Positions 37,934 to 61,800 of a DNA stretch of 64,000 bases are shown here, piece by piece. Made by a program: the position numbers and the translations under genes. Source of the stretch: Macrostomum lignano (Eukaryota); the NCBI GenBank assembly GCA_002269645.1, contig NIVC01000284.1:645525-709524 (forward strand), read 5' to 3'. The number at the start of each line of letters is the position of its first letter. Positions within the stretch are counted from its first letter, which is position 1. Below the pieces are notes generated by a model. It did not search any database, was not told the DNA's origin, and saw nothing but the letters and a program-made list of their open reading frames with translations.

Positions 37934-39115
37934 AATCGATGAGAATTGCTCCGGAGTTTCTCTCGCAGCCCGGACCCAGCGAGATCAGCTGTGGCTTCCT
38001 GTGCAGCCTGAGACCGGACTGCTTCGGCTTCTACTGGCTGCTCAGAGCGTGTCGGCTGTTCGACTTGCAGGCGTTTCTCAATGCCAACGCCTGGGTCAGC
38101 ACCGGCTCGTGCGACGTTTTTAGAGTCGGTAGGAACTATAAAATTTGCCATGTTGTTCTGACGGTGTGAATGTTAACTACATCAGCAACCAAGAACTTCA
38201 GCGCGGCGCCCTGATGAACATGCAGCGGCCCGGGCTCGATTCCAAGTGCAGTCACATTAACTTGGGGCTGAATTGGAATCTCGGCTTAGCTCTGCTCGTG
38301 CAATTAACACCCTTGAGGGCCAACCCCCCAAGGCACAGTGAAGTGTACATGCCTAACGATAAATAAAGTTAGGGCCGCTGTACACTCCTGTGCGAGTGTG
38401 TGCCTGCGTACGTATCCGCGTGCTTGCCTCTTGCCGGTTGTGTGCCAATGTCGCTTAAAGTGTGCCAGGGTGCACACAACCCACACTGCCTATAATAAAA
38501 AAATTAGTTATACGCTCGCAGAAGACTTGGGTAAGGTTTATTCATGAAGCTTCGAACTCTCCTTTAAAGACCTAACAGCACACACCTCTGCGAATACCTG
38601 CTCAAATCTCTTTGAAGTTGAAGTCGCTTTAAAGGACAGATAGTTTCTGCCTTCAGATCACACTAAAGTTGTTGAACCACTTTAACGTTTAAAGTGATTA
38701 AAAGTTTCCTATAAGATCCCTTATAGTTTTAGAAACCAAGAAGCCCTCCTTCATTGGCTGCAACCAAAGCTCAACTTTGCCTGACCGCGGTTGCCAACTG
38801 GCGATGGATGGCAATTTAGCCCAGAACTTTCATGACGGGTTTGGCTCTGGCACTGGCAAGGATCCTGACGAGTGGTGGGAGGCCGTTCTGTCCACCCCGT
38901 CTCTCGCGTCGTTCGTAACGATCCACAACAGGCAGGAATGCTGCGCTGAGAGGCTCAATAAGTTCGATATTATAGTGGACGGGTTCGTGTGCAACGGGCT
39001 GAACGTCAGCGTGCCCTTCTCCGTGGCCAACTTCACCTGCGGCGCTTTCGGCTCTCGCGTCCGGATTGTGGGTCGCAGCGAGACTCACCTCATCACCTGC
39101 GAGGTCATCGCGTAG
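37934..39115 (+). pseudogene. Second PAN + F-type lectin paralog, 5'-truncated with a premature stop; exons ~37939-38128, 38733-39115
   Basis: Clear homology to 28112-28764 with the same phase-1 intron position. No signal-peptide region; in-frame TAA at 37930. TAC(Y) of the conserved VYG motif is TAG at 39113-39115. Confidence 0.7.
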
Positions 39116-39154
39116 GGCTTCGAGTATCCGTGGCATCCGTGATAGCAGAAAGAC

Positions 39155-40365
<1,211 letters not shown>

Positions 40366-41406
40366 AGTAGTTTTGGACTTTCTTAAACCATTTTTGAACT
40401 CCATACGAGCTATATTGACTGCCCAGAGGCTGCAAACGCAATGTAATCGTTTTGCCATAGGATAAGCAATACTTAATTAGATATCGCGAAGAAAATAATT
40501 TAGGGTATTAATTAAATTTTTATCTAGTCAAAAGTACGAAGTGAATTTATCAAGATAAAAGCAGTGAATGAATAAGTTTGGGATTTCATATGAGCCATCA
40601 ATGCCGATTCCGTAACCCCTGTCGACAACGGGGCAGTTGATGCTGCGTAAGACCTTGACAAAGTCTTTCGAAACTATATTGAATAGTTTTTACTTTTTAC
40701 TACCGGCAAATTGAAAGAAAGTCCCATTATCCCACTGTTTGTCTATGGCCAAGCTTTAATTTTGGTCAGGACTTGAACCAGTACAATGTACACAGAACTC
40801 CATTAGTCTGGTGAAAGCTTTTTATCGATTTGTCGTTTATTGATTCGGTCGTTAGCTAGTCGACAGAATGTCGGCATTATTTTCTATCCAAAACCATCAT
40901 TGTATCGGTATAAATGGTCTCAATACAAGACATTATCACAACTCTTTACTTGTAGTAGCATGGGCAAAATTTGCTATGGGTAATAAACGTGCACTCGTGT
41001 GAAAAATATCAAAAGCAGAAACCCAGGCTTTTAAAAAATAACTGGACCCTTGACAGCGTATCGCTGCTTGCCGGTGCTGTTTTTGCTGTTTTCGACTTCA
41101 ACTCTGCACCATTGAATATTGCAGACTCTTACGAGGCAGCTGTTGAACAGGAAATTCTGAGCTCAATGCGCATGAAAGACCAGAGAAAGCTGATCTTATC
41201 TTATCCAAACCCACCTGGCATATGAGTTGCCGTTTGCCTGCCTGCTGGCTGTCTCTCTTTTTAAGCAAATCTCTGATCACCTGCTTGCAAAAGCTGAAAG
41301 CTAATAATTACTGAGTTTTCTGACAAGTACTGAAAAATACTGCGGCTAAAACACCGAAATTTTACTTAATTGGTCTTAACAGCTACAAGGTTGGTTTCTG
41401 CTTGTC

Positions 41407-41652
<246 letters not shown>

Positions 41653-41704
41653 GAAGCTCAGTCTTACAGCAGCTTTCCCATCTCTTCAGCTCCTTATTTG
41701 CAGA

Positions 41705-51739
<10,035 letters not shown>

Positions 51740-51782
51740 TGGACAGAATTGAGACACTGTTTCTCGGAAACTGTTGGAGGGT

Positions 51783-52070
51783 TGCAGCCTTGTGGCTAGA
51801 GAGTCGGGCTTGCGAGTGAAAGGTCGGGGTTCGATTCTCGACCCAACTCGGAACAATTTGTGTCCTTGAGCAAGACACTTAACTCTGCATTGCTTCAGTT
51901 CACCCAGCTGTAAAATGGGTGCCAGCATTAGCTGGAGTAATTAATCCCAGTCCTTGGACTGAACAGCCGTACGCAGCCTTCAGATGTGTCCCCCGCAATA
52001 GCTGCGGCTGAGCTGTCGGTTGCACATCTGGTTATTAGGGCAGGTGTAATCAATTATTATTATTATTATT
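51783..52070 (+). mobile_element. CORE-type SINE, copy 4, sense orientation in the putative 3' UTR
   Basis: Head GGTTCGATTC, CORE-like GTGTCCTTGAGCAAGACACTTAAC...CAGCTGTAAAATGGG, (TTA)n tail. Confidence 0.85.
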
Positions 52071-52654
52071 AGGAGGTTTAGCAATTTAGGATCTTTTTTA
52101 AAGTCCCAGACTCTCAGTAAAAAATTAACGTTCTTCGTTGAAAAACTGATAGAAAGATTGAATGTGCATCAGGATGTCCTGTAAAAGTTACTTGTTTAAA
52201 AATTGTTTATGATTTTGTTTATGAGTACTTAATTTAAAGGCTGTTATTAATGATTAATGATATTTTGGAAACTTAGGTAAAAAACTAATTTTTAGTTAGC
52301 TTAGATCATTTAGACACAAAGTCCGGCTGGCCCTTCAACAGTTTTCCAAAGAACAGTGCGCAAATTTCACGCCACTATTTGATCATATTTAAGTATCTGA
52401 GTGAACATTCTCAACTCACCCAAGGCTCTGTAATAAGCCAATAAGAATTATTTAATTATTTTATGTACTTTCCTATATCAGATGCATTGCTTAATTGAAG
52501 TTGCTGCAGCCTGCGGTTTGGTGACACAATGCTAACCATTGATTGTATCTTTCTTAATTGCTAATTTCATAAATAAATTAATAAGAGGCTAGGAGGTAGC
52601 TCGCTATTTTCATAATTTATTTTAATTGTCTTTTGTGTTGCCCTTTATATCTTC

Positions 52655-53400
52655 TCCTTTCATCTCCTCTGCCCGTCATCTCCTCTACCCTTCATCTCCC
52701 CCATCCTTCATCTCCCCCATCCTGCATCTCCTCAACTCTTCATCTCCCCCACCCTTCATCTCCCCCATCCTGCATCTCCTCAACTCTTCATCTCCTCCAC
52801 TCTTCATCTCGTCAGACTCTTCATCTCCTCCGCCCTTCATCTCCTCAACCCTTCATCTCCTCAACCCTTCATCTCCCCCATCCTTCATCTCCTCAACTCT
52901 TCATCTCCCCACCCTTCATCTCCCCCATCCTTCATCTCCTCAACTCTTCATCTCCTCCACTCTTCATCTCGTCAGACTCTTCATCTCCTCCGCCCTTCAT
53001 CTCCTCAACCCTTCATCTCCTCAACCCTTCATCTCCCCCATCCTTCATCTCCTCAACTCTTCATCTCCCCCACCCTTCATCTCCCCCATCCTGCATCTCC
53101 TCAACTCTTCATCTCCTCCACTCTTCATCTCGTCAGACTCTTCATCTCCTCCGCCCTTCATCTCCTCAACCCTTCATCTCCTCAACCCTTCATCTCCACT
53201 ACCCTTCATCTCCTCAACCCTTCATCTCCACTGCCCTTCATCTTCTCAACCTTTCATCTTCTCAACCTTTCATCTTCTCAACCCTTCATCTTTTCAACCC
53301 TTCATCTCCTCAACCCTTCATCTCCACTACCCTTCATCTCCTCCACTCTTCATCTGGTCAGATTCTTCATCCCCTCCGCCCTTCATCTCCTCCCCTCCTC
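52655..53400. repeat. ~16-bp CT-rich minisatellite (CCTTCATCTCCTCAAC)
   Basis: Tandem degenerate units with higher-order repeats. Confidence 0.93.
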
Positions 53401-54167
53401 TCTTCCACATTACATATCCTTCAATCTGCGTCTGTTCTGCCCTTTATCTTTATTTTTCTATTTCTACAGCTGAACTGAGCAGGGGAGCTTGGATTAGAGA
53501 CTTTCCCAGCTCGTGAAATTTCAATATTTTAAAGTTAAAGTCTGTGACAGCGTTTCCAAGATTCATGCTCGCCTCAGTGTCGTGAAGATATCAAAATTCA
53601 TATTCATAAAATCCTTGGGCCTCACAGCCGTGGAAGCGTGGGGACGCAAGATGGGTGGATCCCCAGATTCCCTGCATTTCGGACAGGTGGCCGAGCGACA
53701 CGGCAGGGAAGTTGCGAGTCTCCAGGTGCGAGCCTGAACTGGGCGGGGCCGGGCGAGGCTGCCTGCTCTTGAGCTGCTGTGGGCAACAGCAGGTCTTCTC
53801 CTGAGTCGGGGAATACGAAGAGACGAGAGAGGGTGTTCTCCCCTCCCCGACTCCGCTTCCCTGTGATGCTCAAAGCCTCATCCCGTGCTCAGCTGCAGCT
53901 ACTCATCTACTCCTGACTTCCCGCCCCTAAGTGATCCCCGTCTCCCGCTCCCCCCGTTACACACCTGTCAGTCGGGTCTCAGCTCTCGGGCGGCTAAAAT
54001 CCTCATTTCTTTACTCCTGAGCGAATCAGGACGCGCAGTTCTCGGAAACAACCAAAAATTCCAATCCTCCGCTGTGCTCAATGCAGCGGCAGTAAAAGCC
54101 GTGCCGTCTCAACCGACTGCTGCAATCTGCCTCGCATCACTCCCTCCCTGTCTCGCCGCTGATCAGA

Positions 54168-54713
54168 ATGGGCCAAAGCAACTCTGTTGAGCGGGTGTTC
54201 ACTCCGCCGAAGTTCACCAGCTCCTACGGCCACTGCGCCCTGCACGTGTCGCATGAAATCGGCGATCTGTGCGGCAGCAGCGGCGGCACTGGCGACTGGG
54301 ACGTCGACACCGGCAGCAAAGCTGGCGGCCTTGACGTTCTCTACGGCGACTCGGAGCTCTCCGGCCTGCTGATGAAAGCTTTGCTGGCTCATGTTGGCGG
54401 CAGCTCCAAGGACCTTCAGCCGTACGCCCGGCTCGTCAAGGACGGCTGGCAGAGAGTCTCGTGCGCCCGCCTGCTGCGCCCGATGCCCACGGTGGAGCCG
54501 GTGGAGCCGCTGTGCAGGAAGCGCTACAGCTTCCTCTGCGACTTCCTAGCCAGCCTCTACGCCAACGGCTACCGCGTGCTGGCCGGCATCAAACTGCTGC
54601 GGAAGCACGATGGACTCAACTTGAGCTCCATCCTGCTGGAGCAGGTGCGGAAAGAGGAAGGCCAGGACGCCGAGGAGGTGAGCGAGTCAATTTATTATTA
54701 TTATTATTATTAT

Positions 54714-54751
<38 letters not shown>

Positions 54752-54752
54752 G

Positions 54753-54796
<44 letters not shown>

Positions 54797-57392
54797 TCAA
54801 ATTTTCCAGATGAAATTTTCCGTCATAGATTTGCACGGAGAAGACACACTAATGGTCTGGTTCGCCCCTCGCGACCTACAAAATGACATAACTGAGATTT
54901 TCGATCGGTACTGCAATCATGAGTACAGGAGAATCGAAATCAGTGAGACGTGTCTCCACCTGGTTGCCAAGGACTCGATCTGGTTCACTGGCAAGGGCAG
55001 CAGCATGGAGATCAAGGACATGGGTCGCTACATTCTGCTTCACCTGATCGAGTCGGCCATCGGTCGTGGATTCTGGCCGGAAGTGGCGCTGAACCTTGGA
55101 CAGAACGACACTCTGGTTAGAACAAGCATAATACTGCTAGTACCATGAATGCATAACCAACTATTTAAATTTGTTATTTCTATTAGTTGCTTGGTTGGTT
55201 GGTTGGTTGTTTCGTTAGTTGGTTGGTTGTTTGATTGGTTGTTTGGTTGGTTGGTTGGTTGGTTGGTTGGTTGGTTGGTTGGTTGGTTGGTTGGTTGGTT
55301 GGTTGGTTGGTTGGTTGGTTGGTTGGTTGGTTGGTTGGTTGGTTGGTTGGTTGGTTGGTTGGCTGCTTGGTTGCTTGGTTGCTTGGTTGCTTGGTTGCTT
55401 GGTTGCTTGGTTGCTTGGTTGCTTGGTTGCTTGGTTGCTTGGTTGCTTGGTTGCTTGGTTGCTTGGTTGCTTGGTTGCTTGGTTGCTTGGTTGCTTGGTT
55501 GCTTGGTTGCTTGGTTAGTTGTTTTGCTGGTTGGTTCGTTTTGGTTGGCTGGTTGTTTTATTTTCTCTATACAAAATACCGATTAAAACTCCAATCCAGG
55601 TGATGAGGAAAGCCCCAGAAAAGTGTCTCGAGCTCACGGACACGCGCCTGCTGATGGTGTCTTTGGAGCGGAAAAATTGTATTCGACTGGTTTCGTCCGA
55701 CAATTCCTCTGTCAAGTGGTGCCTCGACGTGACTCAGAAGTTTTGGAACCAGACGGAGTTCGGCGGGGTCAAGTCAGTGTCCAACTACAGCCACTCGGTT
55801 CTCGTTGAGCTCAACGTCCAGATCTGGCGGGTGCACTACTTTGATGAGAGAAGCATGTACGGCAAGTTGTATCTGGTGCGACTGTTCACCGACGCGCTGC
55901 AGGTGAGACACTCTGCTGTTGTGTCGATGCTGTATCGGTCTATAGGCTGCTGAAATTGTCTGTGAAGAAGCAGTGAAGATTCGCATCACAGGCACTTGGA
56001 TCAGAGAAGAATCTTGGGCTTAATATTAGAATTCAGTGTTTAATAACCTTCATAGACTACTCAGGATGTATAAGAAGTAAAATGGATCAGAAATTTCGCT
56101 AATTAGAAAAATTCCGTTCGTTGTTTCCATTTTCCTAAAGAATTATTTTTCTATATGTCTTCACGTACTTCGTAAACCTGTTGACAGCGTTTGATTCGAT
56201 TTTCAAAGGACTTTTCCGAGCAAGCAAATGTGAAATTGTTTCCTAGATTTGATCAGTGCTCTTAGTCTTGCAGAAAACATTATTTATTGAGATGATTTAG
56301 AATGGCTCTGTGAAACTATAAGAGATAAAGGGAATAACAAAACATACAATTAATCAACTCTGCACAGAAGCAAGGGCCTGGGATGTACGACGTATTTTTT
56401 TAATGAGCTTTGAAACCTACGATTTGGTCGCATAATAAGACTGCCCACAGAAGAGCCTGAAGGCACTCTATTGCAGTGTCTGCAATAATGTGGCTCACTG
56501 ATATTACAAAAGAACTTCAAGCATGTCCGTCCACTGAGGCCAGAGCTCTGGCCTATCAGAGCGCACAAACCGATGGTCCCCCGGTTTCCACTTTCATTGT
56601 TCCTCCATGTCAATACGCTTGTAAACGAGACACCTAGTGCTTTTTGCCCGCTGGCTAACTAAAAAAAGGGAATGACTACCATATGCATGCATAGCTCGTA
56701 GCTAGTAGCAACTTAACGGTTAGCGCGCCTGACTATCGTGAGTTCTTGTGAGTCCGTGAGTTTCGAGAATGGTCGACATTAATTTGGAGCGTCCGCACAG
56801 AAATGGGCCTTCGTTGGGGTCGTGTGGCCACAAGTCCCAAATGAATGCAAGGGTTGCCGTAGCGCGAGAGTCAGACGTGTTTACTGAGAACTGCGGAGCG
56901 GACCCGGTGCCAGCAACTCAAGCGAACTTCCCCTTTCAGGACGGCTGGCGACCCATCCTGCGATTCGACAAGAACGACCACGCCAAGTCCAGCATCGTGT
57001 TCGGTCGCGCCCAGCCCGCCAAGTGCGCCGTGTTCTGCCTGGCCCTCATGGGCAAAGGCATGCTGCGCGCCTGCAAAGCGCCGCTCGACGCTCGCTCGGC
57101 GATTCGTTCGGTCATCTTCGACACCTGGTACAAGGAAGTGTACACCGAGTTTACCAAGGACCTGTGGTGGGGTATGAACCTTGGGGGGACGCCCTGGTCT
57201 CGTTCGGTTGTTCCGTCGGTCGCTCTGCTACTCGCCATCGTTGAGGCGCTCCGCAACCTGGGCTGGCAGCTCATGCTGACGGTACGCACCAGCGGGCTGT
57301 ATCCCAAGGGCGAGTACAAAGACCAGAAAGGCGAGACCAGACGGTTCAATCACTGCGATGTGGACACCATGTTCTTCTACAAGCCGGTATGA
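54168..57392 (+). CDS. Uncharacterised 523-aa protein of four ~120-aa repeats, probable N-myristoylation; exons 54168-54677, 54810-55115, 55600-55902, 56940-57392
   Basis: Three phase-0 GT..AG introns; CDS is 1572 nt. N-terminus MGQSNS. Each repeat shows a hydrophobic strand-rich start, W, an amphipathic helix and G[WFY] (SLYANGY, AIGRGF, ALQDGW, LRNLGW), then a DT/SS-hydrophobic end. Confidence 0.85.
54690..54795. repeat. (TTA)n/(CTA)n microsatellite filling intron 1 of the 523-aa gene
   Basis: Direct reading. Confidence 0.97.
55188..55550. repeat. (TTGG)n switching to (TTGCTTGG)n
   Basis: Direct reading. Confidence 0.97.
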
Positions 57393-57993
57393 GTCGGCGG
57401 AACTGGAGCCACCCTGTTCGGTTAACACTTAAAGAGGGTTTTTAAACACTTTTCAATTTCGTTGTCTCGATTCTGTCTTATTATTGTCAATATTTTCTCA
57501 TATTTACCTTTGCCTATCATTCGTTTATCTCATTTATGCATCTGTCCATCTCATTCATGATTCTCTGTCTGATCCGAGAACCTCCCTACCTCACCCCTCC
57601 ATTCAGACGTTGAGAAGCTCATACTTGTGAGCACATCTGAACCATTCTGAGCCGTTCGCTGACATTATCAAAAACTTTTTTAATCAGATATGTCTGCCTG
57701 CCCTATAGCTTAAAATTGTGTACCTGTGTGCCAGTTTCTTTATCGGAGACAATTTGAGTTTTACAGAACACATTATACAAAATAATCTCATGATTTAACC
57801 GGAATAGCTTTTTTGTAGCATCAGAAGTCATTGTAGTCTTGTGAAAACTTTGTTCGGAATAATATACCTGGCTTGACTGCAAACTCCATTCTGGAACCCA
57901 GTTCCTGTCTGTCCAAAAATATGCAGCCATTTATTGTTTTAGTTTGTGATAGTTTGTTTCTGTCTGGTTGTTTCTCGTTTTCCGTATGCATGC

Positions 57994-57994
<1 letters not shown>

Positions 57995-58070
<76 letters not shown>
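57995..58070. repeat. (AGAC)n microsatellite
   Basis: Direct reading. Confidence 0.98.
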
Positions 58071-58072
<2 letters not shown>

Positions 58073-58118
58073 TACCGCTGTCTGTGTGTTTAGCGGGACC
58101 AGAGTTTGGTTAATGCAT

Positions 58119-58311
58119 TAGGTGGACCACCTAGTTTCCTTATAAAACCGGTGTCTTTTGTCTCTACACGAAAAGTTAGCGTGGGTTGTCTTTCAGTTTA
58201 GCCTGCAGATTAGCCATCTCGTGGAAACTGCATGTCACTTTCAACTGGGATAGCTGGACCAGCCCGGACCTGTTTTAGGTGGACCTTCAAAAAGACACCG
58301 TTTAGGTGGAC
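58119..58311. mobile_element. Small palindromic, MITE-like module (AGGTGGACC motifs)
   Basis: TAGGTGGACCACCTA near-palindrome; CCGGTGTCTTTTG vs CAAAAAGACACCG inverted pair; shares GCTGGACCA/CCACCTAAAC with the downstream satellite. Confidence 0.35.
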
Positions 58312-58884
58312 CATCATTTATTTAGCAGAGTACTGGGATTATTATCGACCCAGTACTGTTAAGCACGAGAAACAACACTAAAAGTCACGTGACAGAAGTC
58401 CCAAATACACAATATGTAATAAAGTGAAAATAATGCATTCAGTTCTAGTTTGCTCCGGACTCAAGAACCATCATCCCCATTAAAAACAAATGAATCAAAT
58501 GCAACTAATTTTTAGGCCGAGAAAAATAGTTACAAGTGCAAATTAACGGCCAAGCAAAAGTTTAAATAGCAAAAAGTCATATTTGTTTTTCACTAGAATA
58601 ATGATAAACCTAAAGAAACGCACTTAACGTCCCAAATATGTGCCAAAAGGCAAGTAGATTGACGACGATATAATTATTAAATACATTTGCCTAATAAATT
58701 TCACGTATTACAATAAAAAAACTTTCCATTCAATTTTTGAAAAATGAAAAAAGTTTTACCGGACGGACGAGACATGTTACGACGGATAGCGGAATCATCT
58801 CACAGAAAGCCACAAGCTGTCGCAGTCAATATCATCATAAACAAACTTTTGCGGTTGAGCACAAAAAATCGTCTTCATTTTGCC

Positions 58885-61800
58885 GGAGTTGCTTGCGTCA
58901 CTCGTCTGCATCAAAGCTGACTTGCCGTCTCCAGACTGGGCCTGTCAAATTTGGCATTTATACGAGAATTCAGGATTGACAGTTTACAACTGATATTCTA
59001 CTGAGACTTTGAAACAGACTGGCATATTGGTGTCAGTGCAGTCTGTAGGTTAGCTGGACCACCTAAACTTGAATTCCACCTCCTATCTGTGGGGCTCTTA
59101 AACAGACTTGATCAGTTGCGTCAGTGCAGTCTGTAGGTTAGCTGGACCACCTAAACTTGAATTCCACCCCATCTATGAGGCTCTAAAACAGACTGGCTCT
59201 GTGGCGTCAGTGCAGTCTGTAGGTTAGCTGGACCTCCTAAACTTGAATTCCACCCCATCTATGAGGCTCTAAAACAGACTGGCTCTGTGGCGTCAGTACA
59301 GTCTGTAGGTTAGCTGGACCAGTTCAATTAGAATAGGATAAGCCAAATCTGAACACTTTTGCAGCAAGCTCATCACAGTAGATTCAATCTCGTCCTATGA
59401 CTGAACTGCGATGAGGCAACACGTCTGTCCACCGGACTGACCAGCGTCTCAGGTGCCTCAGCCGACTTCTTAGAAGTGTCCAGACGTGAGGTGTCAGCCT
59501 ATAGTCGACTAATGGCTCTTGGCCTTTAAAGTCTTGGTCGATATCTTGCTGGAGTTGCTTGCGTCACTCGTCTGCATCAAAGCTGACTTGCCGTCTCCAG
59601 ACTGGGCCTGTCAAATTTGGCATTTATACGAGAATTCAGGATTGACAGTTTACAACTGATATTCTACTGAGACTTTGAAACAGACTGGCATATTGGTGTC
59701 AGTACAGTCTGTAGGTTAGCTGGACCACCTAAACTTGAATTCCACCTCCTATCTGTGAGGCTCTTCAACAGACTGGCTCAGTTGCGTCAGTGCAGTCTGT
59801 AGGTTAGCTGGACCAGCTAAACTTGAATTCCACCTCCTATTGGTGAGGCTCTAAAACAGACTGGCTCAGTTGCGTCAGTGCAGTCTGTAGGTTAGCTGGA
59901 CCAGCTAAACTTGAATTCCACCTCCTATCTGTGAGGCTCTAAAACAGACTGGATCAGTTGCGTCAGTACAGTCTGTAGGTTAGCTGGACCACCTAAACTT
60001 GAATTCCACCCCATCTGTGAGGCTCTAAAACAGACTGGCTCTGTGGCGTCAGTACAGTCTGTAGGTTAGCTGGACCAGTTCAATTAGAATAGGATAAGCC
60101 AAATCTGAACACTTTGCAGCAAGCTCACCACAGTAGATTCAATCTCGTCCTATGACTGAACTGCGATGAGGCAACACGTCTGTCCACCGGACTGACCAGC
60201 GTCTCAGGTGCCTCAGCTGACTTCTTAGAAGTGTCCAGACGTGAGGTGTCAGCCTATAGTCGACTTAATGGCTCTTGGTCTTAAAGTCTTGGTCGATATC
60301 TTGCTGGAGTTGCTTGCGTCACTCGTCTGCATCAAAGCTGACTTGCCGTCTCCAGACTGGGCCTGTCAAATTTGGCATTTATACGAGAATTAAGGATTGA
60401 CAGTTTACAACTGATATTCTACTGAGACTTTGAAACAGACTGGCATATTGGTGTCAGTACAGTCTGTAGGTTAGCTGGACCACCTAAACTAGAATTCCAC
60501 CTCCTATCTGTGAGGCTCTTCAACAGACTGGCTCAGTTGCGTCAGTGCAGTCTGTAGGTTAGCTGGACCAGCTAAACTTGAATTCCACCTCCTATCTGTG
60601 AGGCTCTTAAACAGACTTGATCAGTTGCGTCAGTACAGTCTGTAGGTTAGCTGGACCACCTAAACTTGAATTCCACCCCATCTGTGAGGCTCTAAAACAG
60701 ACTGGCTCTGTGGCGTCAGTACAGTCTGTAGGTTAGCTGGACCAGTTCAATTAGAATAGGATAAACCAAATCTGAACACTTTTGCAGCAAGCTCACCACA
60801 GTAGATTCAATCTCGTCCTATGACTGAACTGCGATGAGGCAACACGTCTGTCCACCGGACTGACCAGCGTCTCAGGTGCCTAAGCCGACTTCTTAGAAGT
60901 TTCCAGACGTGAGGTGTCAGCCTATAGTCGACTAATCGCTCTTGGCCTTTAAAGTCTTGGTCGATATCTTGCTGGAGTTGCTTGCGTCACTCGTCTGCAT
61001 CAAAGCTGACTTGCCGTCTCCAGACTGGGCCTGTCAAATTTGGCATTTATACGAGAATTCAGGATTGACAGTTTACAACTGATATTCTACTGAGACTTTG
61101 AAACAGACTGGCATATTGGTGTCAGTGCAGTCTGTAGGTTAGCTGGACCACCTAAACTTGAATTCCACCTCCTATCTGTGAGGCTCTTAAACAGACTGGC
61201 TCTGTGGCGTCAGTGCAGTCTGTAGGTTAGCTGGACCTCCTAAACTTGAATTCCACCCCATCTATGAGGCTCTAAAACAGACTGGCTCTGTGGCGTCAGT
61301 ACAGTCTGTAGGTTAGCTGGACCAGTTCAATTAGAATAGGATAAGCCAAATCTGAACACTTTTGCAGCAAGCTCACCACAGTAGATTCAATCTCGTCCTA
61401 TGACTGAACTGCGATGAGGCAACACGTCTGTCCACCGGACTGACCAGCGTCTCAGGTGCCTCAGCCGACTTCTTAGAAGTGTCCAGACGTGAGGTGTCAG
61501 CCTATAGTCGACTAATGGCTCTTGGCCTTTAAAGTCTTGGTCGATATCTTGCTGGAGTTGCTTGCGTCACTCGTCTGCATCAAAGCTGACTTGCCGTCTC
61601 CAGACTGGGCCTGTCAAATTTGGCATTTATACGAGAATTCAGGATTGACAGTTTACAACTGATATTCTACTGAGACTTTGAAACAGACTGGCATATTGGT
61701 GTCAGTACAGTCTGTAGGTTAGCTGGACCACCTAAACTTGAATTCCACCTCCTATCTGTGAGGCTCTTCAACAGACTGGCTCAGTTGCGTCAGTGCAGTC

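Noticed and set aside
56769-56939. In-frame ATG extension of the last exon of the 523-aa gene as an alternative start
   Set aside because: A strong acceptor at 56939 joins ALQ|DGW to complete repeat 3; the upstream peptide has no repeat features
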